Origin: Thermoanaerobaculia bacterium
GTDB taxonomy: Bacteria > Acidobacteriota > Thermoanaerobaculia > UBA5066
Direction of reading: 5' to 3'
Assembly (NCBI GenBank): GCA_963816185.1
Contig: CAWFJJ010000005.1
Span: 160,001 to 224,000 of the forward strand
DNA: 64,000 bases
Positions 29,190-38,979 of this stretch are shown here, piece by piece. The number at the start of each line of letters is the position of its first letter. The first letter of the stretch is position 1. A model generated the notes under the pieces. It did not search any database, was not told the origin of the DNA, and was given only the letters and a program-made list of their open reading frames with translations. The position numbers and the translations under genes are program-made.

Positions 29190-31435
29190 TGCAGCATCCC
29201 GGCGTCTTCCTGTGCAGCGGATGCGGCATCGGCGAGGCGATCAACGTCGAGGGGCTGGCAGCCGTGGCCGGCGAGCTCGGAACGGTACCGTGCACGGTCC
29301 ACCCGAGTCTCTGCTCACCCGAATCCGTGGCCGCGATGCGCGCCTCCGTGGCCGCTGGCGAGCTGGACGGTCTCCTCGTGGCGGCTTGCTCGCCGCGGGC
29401 GAAGGTTCCCGAGTTCCGTTTCGATCCCGCGCAAGCGGTTGTGGAGCGCGTGTCTCTCCGCGAGCAGGTCGCGTGGTCGCATCCCGCGGGCGCGGAGGAC
29501 ACCCAGGCGCTGGCCGAGGATCTCCTCCGCATGGGCTACGCCCGACTTGCCAAAATGTCCCCGCCCAAGCCCGTCGCCGAGACGATCGAACGCACCATTC
29601 TGGTCGTCGGCGGGGGTCGGGCCGGCCTCGAGGCCGCGAAGGCGGCCGCGGGAGCGGGTCATCCGGTGGTTCTGGTCGAGTCGCGAGACCGTTTGGGAGG
29701 CCATCTGGCAGACGTGGGAGAGGTGGTGCCGGAACGCCCGCCCTATGACGGCCCGCAGGCAAATCACATCGCCTCTCTGGTGGGCGAGGTGGCGGCGCAT
29801 CCCGCCGTGAGGGTCTTTCCGTCGACCAAGATCCGCGTGATCTCCGGACAGCCGGGACAATTCAAGGTGGAGCTTCAGACGCCGGGTGGAGTGGAGACCT
29901 TTACCGCCGGGGCCATCGTGCAAGCGACCGGGGCCCGGCCCTACGACGCCAAGAAGCTCTCTCACCTCGGCTACGGCGCCTCGCCGAACGTGGTCACGTC
30001 CCACGAGCTGGACGCGATGCTCAAGGAGAAGAAGCTCGCCCGGCCTTCCGACGGGAAGTTGCCGCAGCGGATCGTATTCATCCAGTGCGCCGGATCGCGC
30101 GATCCCGCGCACCTGCCCTACTGCTCCACCGACTGCTGCGGGACCACGCTGAAGCAGGTGGCGGTCATCGGCCGCGACTTTCCCCAGGTGGAAAGCGCCG
30201 TGATCTACCGGGACATGCGGACCCCGGGCCAGCTCGAGCGTTTTTACCAGGCCGTGCAGTCTCAGCCGGGCCGCTTGTTCGCGCGCGGCGAGGTCGAGCG
30301 CGTGGAGGGAAACGGCAAGCTCACCGTCCACATGCGCGAGAGCCTGCTCGGCGACGTCTGCAACCTGGAGGCCGACCTGGTCGTGCTGGCGGTGGGCATG
30401 GTGCCGAACGCCGCCGACGGCGAAGGGATCCGAACGCTCCACGATGCGCAACGGCGTGCCGAAAAAGGCGAGTCGGAGACGCAACGCGAGGAGGCACGAA
30501 AGATCGTGGCCGAGTTCAGCTCCCACGAGGGAACAGAGATCCTGAACCTCGCGTATCGCCAGGGACCCGACCTCCCCGTACTGGCCAATTCGTTCCAGGA
30601 TTCTCACTTCATCTGCTTCCCGTACGAGACCCGGCGGACCGGCATCTACGCGGCCGGTACGCTGCGTGCCCCGATGGACGCCGCCCAGGCGGCCGAGGAC
30701 GGCTGGGGCGCGGCGATGAAGGCGATCCAGTGCATCGCCGCAGCAGAGCGCGGCGAGGCCGTGCATCCGCGGTCCGGTGACGTCTCGATTCCGGATTTCT
30801 TTCTCCAGCGCTGCACGCAATGCAAGCGCTGCACCGAGGAGTGTCCCTTCGGGACCCTCAACGAGGACGAGAAGGGCACCCCGCAGCTCAATCCGCTGCG
30901 CTGCCGCCGCTGCGGAATCTGCATGGGCGCCTGTCCGGAGCGCATCATCTCCTTCCCCGACTACTCGGTGGACGCGGTCGCCGGCATGATCAAGGCGATG
31001 AGCGTGCCCGAGGAGTCCGAGGAGAAGCCTCGCATCCTCGCCCTGCTGTGCGAGAACGACGCACTCCCCGCCCTCGACGCGGCCGCCGCCCTGCGCCGTT
31101 CCTGGAATCCGTGGGTCCGGATCATTCCGATCCGCTGCCTCGGATCCACGAACATCGTGTGGATCGCGGAAACGCTCTCCCGAGGCATCGACGGCATCAT
31201 CCTCATCGGCTGCAAGTCCGGTGACGATTACCAATGCCACTACGTGCGCGGTTCCCAGCTCGCGCAGACGCGGCTTGGCAACGTCCAGGAGACGCTCAAT
31301 CGCCTCGCCCTCGAGCCGGAGCGGATCCAGGTGGTCGAGCTGGCCCATGACGAGTTCGACCGCATCCCGCAGGTGCTGGACGCGTTCGCCGCCACGCTCG
31401 ACAAGCTCGGTCCCAACCCCCTGAAGGGATTCTGA
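29189..31435 (+). CDS. qmoB: QmoB (HdrA + ferredoxin + MvhD domains)
   Basis: CSGCGIG, CTQCKRCTEEC, LCENDA, GCKSGDDYQCH; true start MQHPGVFLC. Confidence 0.93.
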   Translation: MQHPGVFLCSGCGIGEAINVEGLAAVAGELGTVPCTVHPSLCSPESVAAMRASVAAGELDGLLVAACSPRAKVPEFRFDPAQAVVERVSLREQVAWSHPAGAEDTQALAEDLLRMGYARLAKMSPPKPVAETIERTILVVGGGRAGLEAAKAAAGAGHPVVLVESRDRLGGHLADVGEVVPERPPYDGPQANHIASLVGEVAAHPAVRVFPSTKIRVISGQPGQFKVELQTPGGVETFTAGAIVQATGARPYDAKKLSHLGYGASPNVVTSHELDAMLKEKKLARPSDGKLPQRIVFIQCAGSRDPAHLPYCSTDCCGTTLKQVAVIGRDFPQVESAVIYRDMRTPGQLERFYQAVQSQPGRLFARGEVERVEGNGKLTVHMRESLLGDVCNLEADLVVLAVGMVPNAADGEGIRTLHDAQRRAEKGESETQREEARKIVAEFSSHEGTEILNLAYRQGPDLPVLANSFQDSHFICFPYETRRTGIYAAGTLRAPMDAAQAAEDGWGAAMKAIQCIAAAERGEAVHPRSGDVSIPDFFLQRCTQCKRCTEECPFGTLNEDEKGTPQLNPLRCRRCGICMGACPERIISFPDYSVDAVAGMIKAMSVPEESEEKPRILALLCENDALPALDAAAALRRSWNPWVRIIPIRCLGSTNIVWIAETLSRGIDGIILIGCKSGDDYQCHYVRGSQLAQTRLGNVQETLNRLALEPERIQVVELAHDEFDRIPQVLDAFAATLDKLGPNPLKGF

Positions 31436-31447
31436 GGGAGGCGCGCG

Positions 31448-32581
31448 ATGTCAACCTCGGCGGCGATTCTCCCCTCGGCCGACTTTCGACGAGACCTCGA
31501 GCGTCGAGGCGGAGCGACCGTCTCCCGCTGCTTCCAATGCGCCACGTGCTCCGCCGTGTGCGACCTCACCACGAACGGGGCGCCCTTCCCGCGCCGCCAG
31601 ATGCTCTTCGCCCAATGGGGGCTGAGCGAGCGAGTGATGGGAGATCCCGGGCTTTGGCTCTGCCACCAGTGCAACGACTGCACCCAACGATGTCCGCGCG
31701 ACGCCCGACCCGGCGACGTCCTCCAGGCGGTGCGGGCGCAGGCGGTGGAGAAGCTTGCATTCCCCGCGGCGCTCGGCCGGCTCGTCGGACGCGCGGCCAC
31801 CACGTGGCCGCTCCTGTTCGCCCTCCCGATCCTCTTCTGGGTCGCGCTCCTGGCCGGCACCGGTCACCTGAACGTGCCCGCCGACTTCCGCGCTTACGAG
31901 CAGGTCGTCCCGCACGCGCTGATCTACGGCGTGTTCTTCCCGGTCGCCGGATGGGTCGTTCTGGCGAGCTGGGTGAGCGGGCGAAGGCTCTGGGCTGCCC
32001 TCGGCGCCGGGTCCCCGCGTTCCGGCCCGTTCCTGGGGAGTCTGATGCCCGTCCTCGGCGAGATCGCGAGCCACAAGCGATTCCAGTCGTGCGGGGCCGC
32101 CCGCCCTCGCTTCACCGGTCACCTCCTTCTCTTGTGGGGCTTCGTGGGGGCCGCCGTCACGTCCGGCCTCCTGGTCGTCGGAATCTACGTCCAGAAGCTG
32201 CCGATGCCGCTCGCCCTCTCGCATCCTTACAAGATTCTGGGCAACGTGTCGGCGGTGCTGCTCGTCGTCGGGGGCGGCTGGCTGGTCGCGACCCGGCTCG
32301 GGAATCGGGCGGCGACCGGCGCGTCGACCGCCTTCGACGCCTACTTCCTCACGATGGTGGTCCTCGTCATCGTCACCGGGGTCCTCGCCGAGGTGGCGCG
32401 CCTCGCGCTCTCGCCCTCCTTCGCGGTCGCCATCTACATCACGCATCTGGGGGTGGTGCTGAATCTCTTCATCACCTTCCCGTATTCGAAGTTCTCACAC
32501 CTTCTTTACCGCTCCATCGCCATGCTCCACCAGCGCATGGCCGACGTTGGTGAGCGCAGCATCGCTGGACACGCCCAATAG
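31448..32581 (+). CDS. qmoC: QmoC membrane cytochrome b/Fe-S subunit
   Basis: [25 protein letters not shown]. Confidence 0.93.
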   Translation: MSTSAAILPSADFRRDLERRGGATVSRCFQCATCSAVCDLTTNGAPFPRRQMLFAQWGLSERVMGDPGLWLCHQCNDCTQRCPRDARPGDVLQAVRAQAVEKLAFPAALGRLVGRAATTWPLLFALPILFWVALLAGTGHLNVPADFRAYEQVVPHALIYGVFFPVAGWVVLASWVSGRRLWAALGAGSPRSGPFLGSLMPVLGEIASHKRFQSCGAARPRFTGHLLLLWGFVGAAVTSGLLVVGIYVQKLPMPLALSHPYKILGNVSAVLLVVGGGWLVATRLGNRAATGASTAFDAYFLTMVVLVIVTGVLAEVARLALSPSFAVAIYITHLGVVLNLFITFPYSKFSHLLYRSIAMLHQRMADVGERSIAGHAQ

Positions 32582-32598
32582 GAAAGGAGAACGTCACG

Positions 32599-33864
32599 AT
32601 GTCAAGACTCGTTCCTCCCCATGGAAGCAAGGCCCTCCGACCGCTCCTCCTGAGCGGAAAGGAGTGCGAAGAGGAGATCCGGAAGGCGCGCTCGCTCAAG
32701 AAAGTCCCGATGACGAGCCGCGAGACCTCGGACCTGATCATGATGGGAATCGGAGCCTTCACGCCCCTTCCGGGGTTCATGGGCTACGACGACTGGAAAG
32801 GCTGCTGCGACGACTACAAGCTCGCCTCCCAGAAGAACCTCTTCTGGCCCATTCCTATCACGCTCTCGGCCGAGCCCGACCTGGGTGACTCGATCAAGAC
32901 CGGCGAAGAGGTCGCTCTCTGGGACACCGAGACCGACGCCCTCATGGGCACCATGAAGGTGACGGAGAAGTACGTCATCGAAAAGGAATTCGAGTGCAAG
33001 CAGGTGTTCCGCACCGTCGACACCAAGCACCCGGGCGTCCAGAAGGTCATGGCCCAGCCGCCGGTCAACCTGGCGGGTCCGGTGAAGGTGGTCTCCGAGT
33101 CGTATTACCCCGAGATGTTCAAGGGGATCTATCAGCGTCCCGCCGAGGCCCGGAAGAACTTCGAGGACAGGAACTGGACCACGGTGGCCGCCCTGCAGCT
33201 TCGCAACCCCATGCACGGCTCCCATGCCTACCTCGCGTGGATCGCGATCGAGGTCTGCGACGGCGTCTACATCCACCAGCTCGTCGGCAAGCTCAAGGAA
33301 GGCGACATTCCCGCCGACGTTCGCGTGCGCGCAATCGACGCCCTAGTCAACAAGTATTTCCGCAAGGAGCGCGTAATCCAGGGCGGCTACCCCATGGAGA
33401 TGCGCTACGCCGGTCCGCGTGAAGCGCTCCTGCACGCCGTCTTCCGCCAGAACTATGGCTGCTCGCACCTCATCGTGGGGCGCGATCACGCCGGCGTCGG
33501 CGACTACTACGGCCCGTTCGACGCCCAGACGATCTTCCACGAGATCCCGTCGGACGCCCTGGCGCTCAAGCCTCTGCCGCTCGACTGGACGTTCTATTGC
33601 TACGAGTGCGGAAGCATGGCCTCGATGAAGACCTGCCCCCACGAGAGCAAGGCCGTCATAGACGAAAACGGCAAGTACAAGGGCGGCGCTCGCCTGCTGC
33701 TCTCCGGCACCCTCCTCCGGAAGCTCATGAGCGAAGGCAAGCCCGTGCCGTCCGAGTTCTCGAAGCCCGAGGTAATTGCCATCCTGAAGGAGTACTACGA
33801 CAAGCTCGAGGATAAGGTGGAGATCAAGCTCCACGGCGCGGCGACGGGGGACGTCAAGAGGTAG
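32599..33864 (+). CDS. sat: Dissimilatory-type sulfate adenylyltransferase
   Basis: [39 protein letters not shown]. Confidence 0.97.
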   Translation: MSRLVPPHGSKALRPLLLSGKECEEEIRKARSLKKVPMTSRETSDLIMMGIGAFTPLPGFMGYDDWKGCCDDYKLASQKNLFWPIPITLSAEPDLGDSIKTGEEVALWDTETDALMGTMKVTEKYVIEKEFECKQVFRTVDTKHPGVQKVMAQPPVNLAGPVKVVSESYYPEMFKGIYQRPAEARKNFEDRNWTTVAALQLRNPMHGSHAYLAWIAIEVCDGVYIHQLVGKLKEGDIPADVRVRAIDALVNKYFRKERVIQGGYPMEMRYAGPREALLHAVFRQNYGCSHLIVGRDHAGVGDYYGPFDAQTIFHEIPSDALALKPLPLDWTFYCYECGSMASMKTCPHESKAVIDENGKYKGGARLLLSGTLLRKLMSEGKPVPSEFSKPEVIAILKEYYDKLEDKVEIKLHGAATGDVKR

Positions 33865-33894
33865 TCGAAGACCTCGCCACTGAAGCCTCAGCTC

Positions 33895-33941
33895 CTCGAC
33901 GCATGCGTTCCAGCGGGACGCGTGCGTCGAGTTTTTCTTTT
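33895..33941 (+). terminator. Intrinsic terminator after sat
   Basis: CTCGACGCATGCGTTCC/GGGACGCGTGCGTCGAG stem + TTTTTCTTTT. Confidence 0.85.
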
Positions 33942-33978
33942 GCGAAATGCACGATTCGCAATTTGCCCATACTCCAAC

Positions 33979-34007
33979 TTGACAACTATGGGATTGGGCA
34001 CTACGTT
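33979..34007 (+). promoter_or_regulatory. Sigma70-type promoter for rrf2, probably leaderless
   Basis: TTGACA-17 nt-TACGTT, GTG start 6 nt later, no RBS. Confidence 0.65.
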
Positions 34008-34013
34008 GCGCTT

Positions 34014-34499
34014 GTGAAACTCGGTACACGCCCGCGTTACGCGCTCCGGATGATGCTCGAGATCGCCCGGCTCGGCGGGCAGAACGCCCCGGTGAGCCTG
34101 ACCACCGTCTCCGGGCACAGTCACCTCTCGCGAGGGTATCTCGAGCAGCTGGCGCTCGCGCTCAGAACCCGGGGCCTGCTCAAGGGCGTGTGCGGGAAGC
34201 AGGGCGGCTATCGCCTCGCCCGCGGCCCCGATGAGATCACGATCGGAGAGATCTTCGAGGCGGCGATGGGTCCCCTCAACATCGTCGAGTGCGTCAGCGA
34301 TCCGCTTTCGTGCATGCGCAGCGAGTCTTGCGAATGCCGTCCGGTCTATCAGCTGATGAACCGGCGTATCACCGAGGTGCTGCACGGTTTCACGCTTGCC
34401 CAGATGCTCGACCCGGGATGGGCGCAGGCGATGAAGGCTGACGCGGTTTCGGCGGGACCAACGGAGAGTCCGATCGCCGGGCGCGGTACGGGAGGGTAA
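34014..34499 (+). CDS. Rrf2-family regulator with three-Cys Fe-S motif
   Basis: TRPRYALRMM, YLEQL, GKQGGYRLAR, ECVSDPLSCMRSESC. Confidence 0.92.
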   Translation: MKLGTRPRYALRMMLEIARLGGQNAPVSLTTVSGHSHLSRGYLEQLALALRTRGLLKGVCGKQGGYRLARGPDEITIGEIFEAAMGPLNIVECVSDPLSCMRSESCECRPVYQLMNRRITEVLHGFTLAQMLDPGWAQAMKADAVSAGPTESPIAGRGTGG

Positions 34500-34503
34500 T
34501 GCG

Positions 34504-35031
34504 ATGGTGGAAAAGAGAGTCGGGGATCACGTCATCAAGCTCGTCCGCGGCGACATCACGGACCTCGCGGTGGACGCGTTCGTCTACGACCTCACGGCCG
34601 ACTGCAAGCTGGGCTCGGGTTACGGCGGCGCGATCTCCACGCGCGGCGGGAAGGTCGTGCAGGACCAGCTCAACGCGGTCGGCACCCTGAACACCGGGGA
34701 GGCCGCCGTCACGACCGCCGGGAACCTGAAGGCCAAGTTCATCATCCACGTGAACGGCCCCAAGTTCCACGAGCCGGACACGCGCGGCAAGCTCGCACGA
34801 TCGGTGGAGAGCGCCCTGAAGAAGGCGGAGGAGAAGGGCCTCGACACGGTCGCCTTCCCGCCGATCGGGACAGGGCTCTACCAGGTGCCGCCGGACCTGT
34901 GCGCGAGCGTCCTTTTGGACACCGTGAAGGGGTACCTCGGCGGAAAGACCCGTCTCAAGGAGGTTCTCTTCGTCGCCGTCGACTCGCGCGAGTACAAGCC
35001 TTTTGCGGCTGCCTTGGAAGGGGGGGCGTGA
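34504..35031 (+). CDS. Macro-domain protein with degenerate catalytic motif
   Basis: GDIT..VDAFV, TAGNLKAKFIIHVNGP, VAFPPIGTG; NAAN replaced by YDLT. Confidence 0.85.
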   Translation: MVEKRVGDHVIKLVRGDITDLAVDAFVYDLTADCKLGSGYGGAISTRGGKVVQDQLNAVGTLNTGEAAVTTAGNLKAKFIIHVNGPKFHEPDTRGKLARSVESALKKAEEKGLDTVAFPPIGTGLYQVPPDLCASVLLDTVKGYLGGKTRLKEVLFVAVDSREYKPFAAALEGGA

Positions 35032-35032
35032 C

Positions 35033-35719
35033 ATGCCCGCCACCGAGCCCTCCCGTTTGCTGCACTCGGTCGAGATCATCCACTGGACTGCTCTCGGCGT
35101 AATGGCCATGGTCTACCTCCTGCGCATCCGCTGGCTGCTCTCCTTCCGCGCCACACGCGACCGCCAGACGCCGAGTGCGCCGTCCCGCACCGGCGCCCAG
35201 AGAGGGGCCATGTACTCGCTGGCCAACGTCATGATGCCCTGGGCGATGGAGAGCACCCGGCGGGGGTTTCCCTTCTACCTGACCTTCGTGCTGTTCCATC
35301 TCGGCGTCGTGGCCGGCATTTCCCTCGCGTTCCTTTCCACGATCTCCCGATCGTTCCTGCAGATTTCCGCGGTGGCCACGGTCACACTCTCCCTGCTCGT
35401 CGCCGCATTCCTCATCGGCCTTTACCGCATCGCGCGCCGGCTGCTCCGCCGCGTCATGCGGCTGATCTCGACCCCGGACGACTACTTCTCCGTCGCGCTC
35501 CTGACCTCGTGGTTCCTGCTCGGGGCCTTCGCCGAGCTGCACCTCCTCGGCAAAGTCGGCGGAGAGGGCGTGATGGTGGCGTACCTGCTCCTCACGAGCT
35601 TCTTCCTGCTTTACGTCCCGTTCTCGAAGATCTCGCACTACCTCTACTACCCGTTCACCCGGATCTGGCTCGGGCGGACGCTGGGTCACCGCGGGGTCTT
35701 CCCGCTCTTGAGAGGATGA
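35033..35719 (+). CDS. NarI/DsrM/TmcC/HmcE-family membrane cytochrome b
   Basis: About five TM segments; LFHLG, YVPFSKISHY. Confidence 0.8.
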   Translation: MPATEPSRLLHSVEIIHWTALGVMAMVYLLRIRWLLSFRATRDRQTPSAPSRTGAQRGAMYSLANVMMPWAMESTRRGFPFYLTFVLFHLGVVAGISLAFLSTISRSFLQISAVATVTLSLLVAAFLIGLYRIARRLLRRVMRLISTPDDYFSVALLTSWFLLGAFAELHLLGKVGGEGVMVAYLLLTSFFLLYVPFSKISHYLYYPFTRIWLGRTLGHRGVFPLLRG

Positions 35720-35729
35720 GGAGATCACC

Positions 35730-37487
35730 ATGAGCGCGAACGACAGCACCTACAAGATCCAGGCGATGCGGGATCTGCTCGCCAAGAAGCTGACGCGGCC
35801 CGTCGTCGGCTCCCTGGTCGGCTGCGTCCACTGCGGGATGTGCAACGAGGCGTGCCACTACGTCATGACGCATCCCGAAGACCCGAAGATGACGCCTTCG
35901 TTCAAGGCCGACCAGCTCCGCAAGCTGTTCAAGTACAACTTCGACTGGACGGGCAAGGTGTTCCCCTGGTGGGTCGGGGCGAAGGAGCCGTTGACCGACG
36001 CCGATCTCGACGTGCTCAAGGACATCGCCTTCGGGACGTGCACCAACTGCCGCCGCTGCACCTTCAACTGCCCCATGGGGGTCGACACCGCGGTGCTCAA
36101 CCGTGTCATGCGCGGCCTGCTCGCCTCGGTCGGCGTGATGCCCGAAGGCGTCCGCGTCGTTTCCAAGGACCAGTGGGAGATCGGCAACCAGATGGGCGTT
36201 CTCAAGGAGGACTACCTGGAGACGCTCGACTGGATGTCCGAAGAGCTCGTGAAGGAAGTCAACGACCCGAATGCGCGCATTCCCGTCGACAAGCCGAACT
36301 GCGACGTGATCTACACCATCAACCCACGCGAGGCAAAGTACGATCCGCGCACGATCTCGGCCGCGGCCAAGATCTTCTGGGCGGCCGGAGAGAGCTGGAC
36401 CATGCCTTCCGAGGGCTGGGACCAGACCAACTTCGGGCTGTTCTCCGGCGACGACGCCCTCGGCGGCGCCGCCGCCCGCCGCGTCTACGAGAAGATGAAG
36501 GAGCTGAACGCCAAGAGGATCGTGATCTCGGAGTGCGGTCACGGTTACCGCTCGACGCGCTGCGAGGGACCCAACTGGGCGGGGATCGACCAGAATTTCG
36601 AGATGGAGAGCTCCATCTTCACGATGCTCCGGTATCTCAAGGACGGGCGCATCAAAGTCGATCAGGCGAAGCTCCGGGAACGCGTGACCTATCACGACTC
36701 CTGCAATCTGGCCCGCTCGTGCGGCATCACCGAGGAGCCGCGCGAGCTGTTGCGGGCCGTGGCGACCGACTTCGTCGAGATGGTTCCCAACCGCGCCGAG
36801 AATTTCTGCTGCACGGGCGGCGGCGGAGCGATGTCGATGTCGGAGTACACGCCCCGGCGCCTGAAGTCGGCGAAGGTCAAGGCCGACCAGATCGCGGCGA
36901 CCGGCGCGAAGATCGTCGTCACCTCGTGCCACAACTGTGTCGACGGGCTAAACGACCTGATCAAGCACTACAAGCTCGGCTGCGAGGTGAAACAGCTCGT
37001 GGACCTCGTTGCCGATGCACTCATCATCCCGGAATGCGCGGTGATGAGACGACCGAAGGCGGTGGTGGAGATGCCGAAACCTGCACAGGCGTTGAAAGAG
37101 AGGCGGATCCTGGTGGTGGACGACGAGGCCGACATCCGGACGTTCCTCAGGACGGTCCTCGAGGATGCCGGTGCCGAAGTCTACGAGGCCGCCGATGGCA
37201 ACCAGGCCCTCGCCCAGGCCCGCAAGTACAAGCCCGACCTGATCACCCTCGACCTGTCGATGGAGCACAAGGACGGCATCGAGACGTTCGCCGAGCTGCG
37301 CTCCGACGACGCACTCGCGGGAATCCCGGTTTGCGTCGTCACCGGCCACCCGGAGTTCCGCCAGGTTCTCTATTCCCGCGCCGTGCCTCCGCCCGACGGA
37401 TACATGGACAAGCCGATCAAGGAAGACGAGCTGGTCGAGAACGTGTGGCGCATCCTCGGACTCCACAATCACAAGGTCCATGCCTGA
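35730..37487 (+). CDS. DsrK/TmcB/HmcF-family CCG Fe-S protein fused to a C-terminal receiver domain
   Basis: CVHCGMCNEAC, CTNCRRCTFNC, SECGHG, YHDSCN, FCCTGGG, SCHNC, then ILVVDDE..LITLDLSM..VTG..DKP. Confidence 0.9.
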   Translation: MSANDSTYKIQAMRDLLAKKLTRPVVGSLVGCVHCGMCNEACHYVMTHPEDPKMTPSFKADQLRKLFKYNFDWTGKVFPWWVGAKEPLTDADLDVLKDIAFGTCTNCRRCTFNCPMGVDTAVLNRVMRGLLASVGVMPEGVRVVSKDQWEIGNQMGVLKEDYLETLDWMSEELVKEVNDPNARIPVDKPNCDVIYTINPREAKYDPRTISAAAKIFWAAGESWTMPSEGWDQTNFGLFSGDDALGGAAARRVYEKMKELNAKRIVISECGHGYRSTRCEGPNWAGIDQNFEMESSIFTMLRYLKDGRIKVDQAKLRERVTYHDSCNLARSCGITEEPRELLRAVATDFVEMVPNRAENFCCTGGGGAMSMSEYTPRRLKSAKVKADQIAATGAKIVVTSCHNCVDGLNDLIKHYKLGCEVKQLVDLVADALIIPECAVMRRPKAVVEMPKPAQALKERRILVVDDEADIRTFLRTVLEDAGAEVYEAADGNQALAQARKYKPDLITLDLSMEHKDGIETFAELRSDDALAGIPVCVVTGHPEFRQVLYSRAVPPPDGYMDKPIKEDELVENVWRILGLHNHKVHA

Positions 37488-37526
37488 CACGGCGGGCGCC
37501 GCCTCGGAAGGAACAGGGAGGCCCCT

Positions 37527-38951
37527 GTGACGGAGCGGTGTCGCGAGTACTTCGAGGAGATGCCGTGTTACGTCTCGGTGCACGACCGCGACCTTCGCAT
37601 CGTGGCCGCGAACCGGCGATTCCGCGAAGACTTCGGCGACGCCGTCGGCGCGTTGTGCTACCAGGCCTACAAGGGACGTCACGAGGTCTGTCCGGATTGC
37701 CCCGTGCAGCAGACCTTCCGGGAAGGCCGGGGTCAGATCAGCGAGCAAACCCTCGTCGCCAAGAGCGGCGAGCACGTACCTGTTCGCGTCTGGACGACGC
37801 CGATCCTCGATGCGAAAGGGCAGGTCGGGGCCGTCATGGAGATGCACACCGACCTCCGCCCGTTCAAGGCTCTGGAGGCCCGGCTGGAGCGGACGCAGGC
37901 GCGCTACGCGCAGCTTTTCGAGGAGGTTCCGTGCTTCATCTCCGTGCAAGGCCGAGACCGGATCATCCAGCACGCGAACCGGAGGTTTCGGGAGACTTTC
38001 GGCGACGCCGTCGGGAAGCACTGCTGGCGCGTTTACAAGCACCGCGATGAGCCGTGCCTCGTCTGTACGCCGCAGCCCACGTTCGACACCGGAGCGCCGA
38101 CCGAGCACGAGGAGGTCGTGGTCTCCCTGTCGGGCCGGACGATGCACGTAAGGTGCACGAGCGCGCCCGTTCGCAACTCGTCCGGGAAGGTGGAGGCGAT
38201 CATCGAGATGTCGACCGATATCACGCCCCTCCGGGAGCTGCAGTCCCAGCTCACGTCGATCGGCCTCCTCGTCGGGTCGATCTCCCATGGAATCAAGGGG
38301 CTTCTCACCGGGCTCGACGGGGGGATGTATCTGGTCAATTCGGGCTTCGAGAAGGACCGGCCCGACCGGGTCAGGCAGGGCTGGGCGATGGTGCAGCGCA
38401 ACGTCGAGCGGATCCGGTCCATGGTGCTCGACATCCTCTACTACGCCAAGGATCGAGAGCTCGAGGTTGCGCCCATCGAAGTCGAGCAGCTCGCTGTTGA
38501 GGTCGTCGAGTCCATGCAGAAGCGCGCCGGCGACGTCGACGTCGCTCTTTCCCTAGAAATCGAGCCGCAGGTCGGCGTGCTGGCCGGCGACGCCAAGGCG
38601 GTGCGGGCGATGCTCGTCAACATCCTCGAGAACTCGCTGGACGCCTGCCGCGCGGACACCGCCAAGACGGTTCATCGCGTCGAGTTCAGGGTGAAACGCT
38701 CGCCGCCGTGGCTCCTCTTCGAGATCGAGGACAACGGGATCGGAATGGACCGGGAGACCCGCGAGAAACTGTTCTCTCTCTTCTTCTCGTCGAAGGGGGT
38801 CAGCGGGACGGGGCTGGGTCTCTTCATCTCGAACAAGATCGCCGACAAGCACGGGGGCGGCATCGAGGTCGACTCGGAGCCGGGCCGCGGCAGTCGCTTC
38901 GCTGTCCGACTGCCGCTGGAGGCGCGTCCCAGCACCCAACCCGAGGAATGA
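37527..38951 (+). CDS. Cytoplasmic PAS-PAS histidine kinase
   Basis: Two PAS repeats each with C-x10-C-x2-C; ISHGIKG H-box; GTGLGL. Confidence 0.92.
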   Translation: MTERCREYFEEMPCYVSVHDRDLRIVAANRRFREDFGDAVGALCYQAYKGRHEVCPDCPVQQTFREGRGQISEQTLVAKSGEHVPVRVWTTPILDAKGQVGAVMEMHTDLRPFKALEARLERTQARYAQLFEEVPCFISVQGRDRIIQHANRRFRETFGDAVGKHCWRVYKHRDEPCLVCTPQPTFDTGAPTEHEEVVVSLSGRTMHVRCTSAPVRNSSGKVEAIIEMSTDITPLRELQSQLTSIGLLVGSISHGIKGLLTGLDGGMYLVNSGFEKDRPDRVRQGWAMVQRNVERIRSMVLDILYYAKDRELEVAPIEVEQLAVEVVESMQKRAGDVDVALSLEIEPQVGVLAGDAKAVRAMLVNILENSLDACRADTAKTVHRVEFRVKRSPPWLLFEIEDNGIGMDRETREKLFSLFFSSKGVSGTGLGLFISNKIADKHGGGIEVDSEPGRGSRFAVRLPLEARPSTQPEE

Positions 38952-38979
38952 GGGGACCGGCGCGAACCGAGGGGGAGCG

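Noticed and set aside
33995-34009. TGGGCACTACGTTGC as a sigma54 promoter for rrf2
   Set aside because: The predicted TSS would fall inside the CDS; TTGACA-17-TACGTT explains the site better
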